DNA from: Sulfurimonadaceae bacterium
GTDB lineage: Bacteria; Campylobacterota; Campylobacteria; Campylobacterales; Sulfurimonadaceae
NCBI GenBank assembly: GCA_041562555.1
Contig: JBFEXS010000045.1
Location: 1-16,334 of the forward strand
Direction: 5' to 3'
DNA length: 16,334 nt
In this document: positions 14,647-16,334 of the stretch, piece by piece
How positions within the stretch are numbered: the stretch's first letter is position 1
Layout: each line of letters starts with the position of its first letter
Notes under the pieces: model-generated
Seen by the model: only the letters and a program-made list of their open reading frames with translations
Databases searched by the model: none
What the model was told of the DNA's origin: nothing
Position numbers and translations under genes: made by a program

Positions 14647-16283
14647 TTGAGTGGGAGGTCGAAGATCTGTACCTGGTTCTTACCGCTGTTCTTAGCTTCA
14701 TAAAGTCCTAAATCTGCTTTTTTAACCATATCTTCAATATGACGGTCATGTTCCGGATCAAGTTCCGATAGACCTATACTGATGGTGATTTGAAGCTCTT
14801 TATGTGCCACTAAGAATGGTTCGTTGGCAAATTTACGCAGTATACGCTGTGCCAATGTCTGCGCTTCCAGGCGTGAGGTCTCAGGTAAAAGCAGGACAAA
14901 CTCCTCTCCTCCAAAGCGGATGATAACATCGCTTTCTCTCGCGGACTCTTTTAAAAGTTTTGCCAACTTGATAATGACCTCGTCTCCGACATCGTGTCCA
15001 TAGGTGTCATTTACAATCTTAAAGTCATCAATATCGATCATAAAGAGTGTAAGGGGATGGTCATACCGTAAAGAGTTTTGAAAATATTCATGGGCAATGG
15101 CCGTAAAATAGCGTCGATTATAGAGTCCTGTTAAAGGATCCCGATTGGCAAGCTCTTTCGTCTCGTAAAAGCGATTTGCCAAAATAAGTGCAAAAAAGTT
15201 TATCTCGAAAAAGGAGGTGAATAAAAAGCCGTAGCGGTTGAAATCATTATTCTCCAGCTGACCTGTAAAGACATTTGCCATGAGGCCCAGAAATATAATG
15301 TTTGGCAGCATGATAATAAGATAATATCTGGCTGCAGCGTGTTTTTTTCTCGTCATGTGGATCGCAGCATAGAGCAATAAGATAAACGCCAAAGTACTGA
15401 CGTGGTTCATCAGTTCATACCAAGGGGAGACATCGATAAAGATCAAGATCGCAAGTATGAAGTATATGTATATAAGCAGTTTCAGGATCCGTTCCAATGT
15501 GGGTGTATATCTTTTTAACTCCAAAAACTGGATAGAGAACATAATCAGAAACAGCATCACCAGAGGGACAGAAAAATGAAGTCTGTAATGCCACTGCTCA
15601 AAACCCAAATAGATGTCGAACCCAGCAAAGATGATAATAAACAGGAAGAAAAAACTTACATAGGCTGCGTAGGATGCATAGATGGCTTCCCCCAGGCGAA
15701 TGTATAAGAAGGTGTTCAACAAAATAATCATCAAGAGTGCACCGAAATAGAAGAGGTACAGGTTGGTCATGATCATCTTTTCATGGGTAAGAAATGATTT
15801 GAAGTCATAGATCTGAAACTCACCGACATGGGAAAACTGAGCATAGAACTTAACATAATAGGTCTTGGTCTCACCCCGTGCGAGGTGGAGTTGAAAAACA
15901 GGGTTCGCATCGTAAATATTACGTGTGTCAACCGGTGTCAGAAACCCAAGTCTTTCTTCCTTCCATGTACCCTCTTCATAGGTATAGAGATTGAGTACTT
16001 CCGTAGAGGGCTCGGTGAAATAGAGTAGAAAGTCATTTTTATCGCTCTGATTTGTCAATTGGATCTTAAACCAGCTCGTTCCGTCCAGATATCCGAAGGC
16101 AAATTGACTGTTGATCTGTTTATCGAAGGAGAGCAGAGAGATGTCTTCAATGGTCATACGGTTTGTTTTATCATAATAATATGATAAATTAAAATCATCC
16201 AGTTTTATTGTGTCGTTGGTAAGTGTAAGTGAAGCATTGAGCAGTTGTAATGTCAGTAGTAATAAAAGCCAAAGGCGTAACAA
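14643..16283 (-). CDS. 7TM-DISM (extracellular DISMED2 + 7TM) diguanylate cyclase
   Basis: Signal-peptide-like start, extracytoplasmic FAFGY...WFKIQL...PVFQL...TYYVK, seven hydrophobic segments, then DPLTGLYNRR, DIDDFKIVNDTYGH, RESD-x5-GGEEF, LYEAKNSGKN; TTG start with AGGA RBS; stop overlaps the rdgB stop. Confidence 0.9.
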   Translation of the reverse strand: MLRLWLLLLLTLQLLNASLTLTNDTIKLDDFNLSYYYDKTNRMTIEDISLLSFDKQINSQFAFGYLDGTSWFKIQLTNQSDKNDFLLYFTEPSTEVLNLYTYEEGTWKEERLGFLTPVDTRNIYDANPVFQLHLARGETKTYYVKFYAQFSHVGEFQIYDFKSFLTHEKMIMTNLYLFYFGALLMIILLNTFLYIRLGEAIYASYAAYVSFFFLFIIIFAGFDIYLGFEQWHYRLHFSVPLVMLFLIMFSIQFLELKRYTPTLERILKLLIYIYFILAILIFIDVSPWYELMNHVSTLAFILLLYAAIHMTRKKHAAARYYLIIMLPNIIFLGLMANVFTGQLENNDFNRYGFLFTSFFEINFFALILANRFYETKELANRDPLTGLYNRRYFTAIAHEYFQNSLRYDHPLTLFMIDIDDFKIVNDTYGHDVGDEVIIKLAKLLKESARESDVIIRFGGEEFVLLLPETSRLEAQTLAQRILRKFANEPFLVAHKELQITISIGLSELDPEHDRHIEDMVKKADLGLYEAKNSGKNQVQIFDLPLN

Positions 16284-16313
16284 AAAATATCCTGAAAAAT
16301 AGTTGCGCCGAGG

Positions 16314-16322
16314 ATTATATCA
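16314..16322 (-). promoter_or_regulatory. Extended -10 promoter (TGn-TATAAT) of the 7TM-DISM cyclase
   Basis: Minus strand TTTTTTTA-TGA-TATAAT, 30 nt upstream of the TTG start. Confidence 0.65.
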
Positions 16323-16334
16323 TAAAAAAATCTA

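Noticed and set aside
1..16334. CRISPR array, tRNA/rRNA, IS/integrase, prophage or defence genes
   Set aside because: Intergenic gaps are all under ~175 nt; no repeat-spacer pattern, cloverleaf or transposase/integrase motif was seen.

Overview
Gene-dense (~43% GC by eye) chromosomal window that looks like a free-living Campylobacterota (Sulfurimonas/Sulfurovum-like; inferred from the epsilon-type Mqo, MqnA, MoaD ending PPVCGG, AAGGA ribosome-binding sites and TATAAT promoters preceded by T-tracts). It holds 13 protein genes. Housekeeping genes are mqo, a shortened large NAD-glutamate dehydrogenase, mqnA, moaD-moaE-moeA, a YajR/CmeG-like MFS transporter and rdgB. They are interleaved with five GGDEF-domain genes: a 5'-truncated REC-GGDEF(degenerate)-EAL protein, a heme c/PAS/GGEEF cyclase, a 7TM-DISM/GGEEF cyclase, and a tandem pair of small paralogues. 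The best candidate for an undescribed system is that pair (7154-8748): an unrecognised ~95-aa N-terminal domain, a dead xGDKF active site and an intact RxxD I-site, consistent with c-di-GMP receptor pseudo-cyclases. Also notable are a 48-nt palindrome that would bury the ribosome-binding site of the heme-c cyclase, and a probable leaderless mqnA transcript. No rRNA, tRNA, CRISPR or mobile element was seen. All family assignments are from motif recognition, not database searches.
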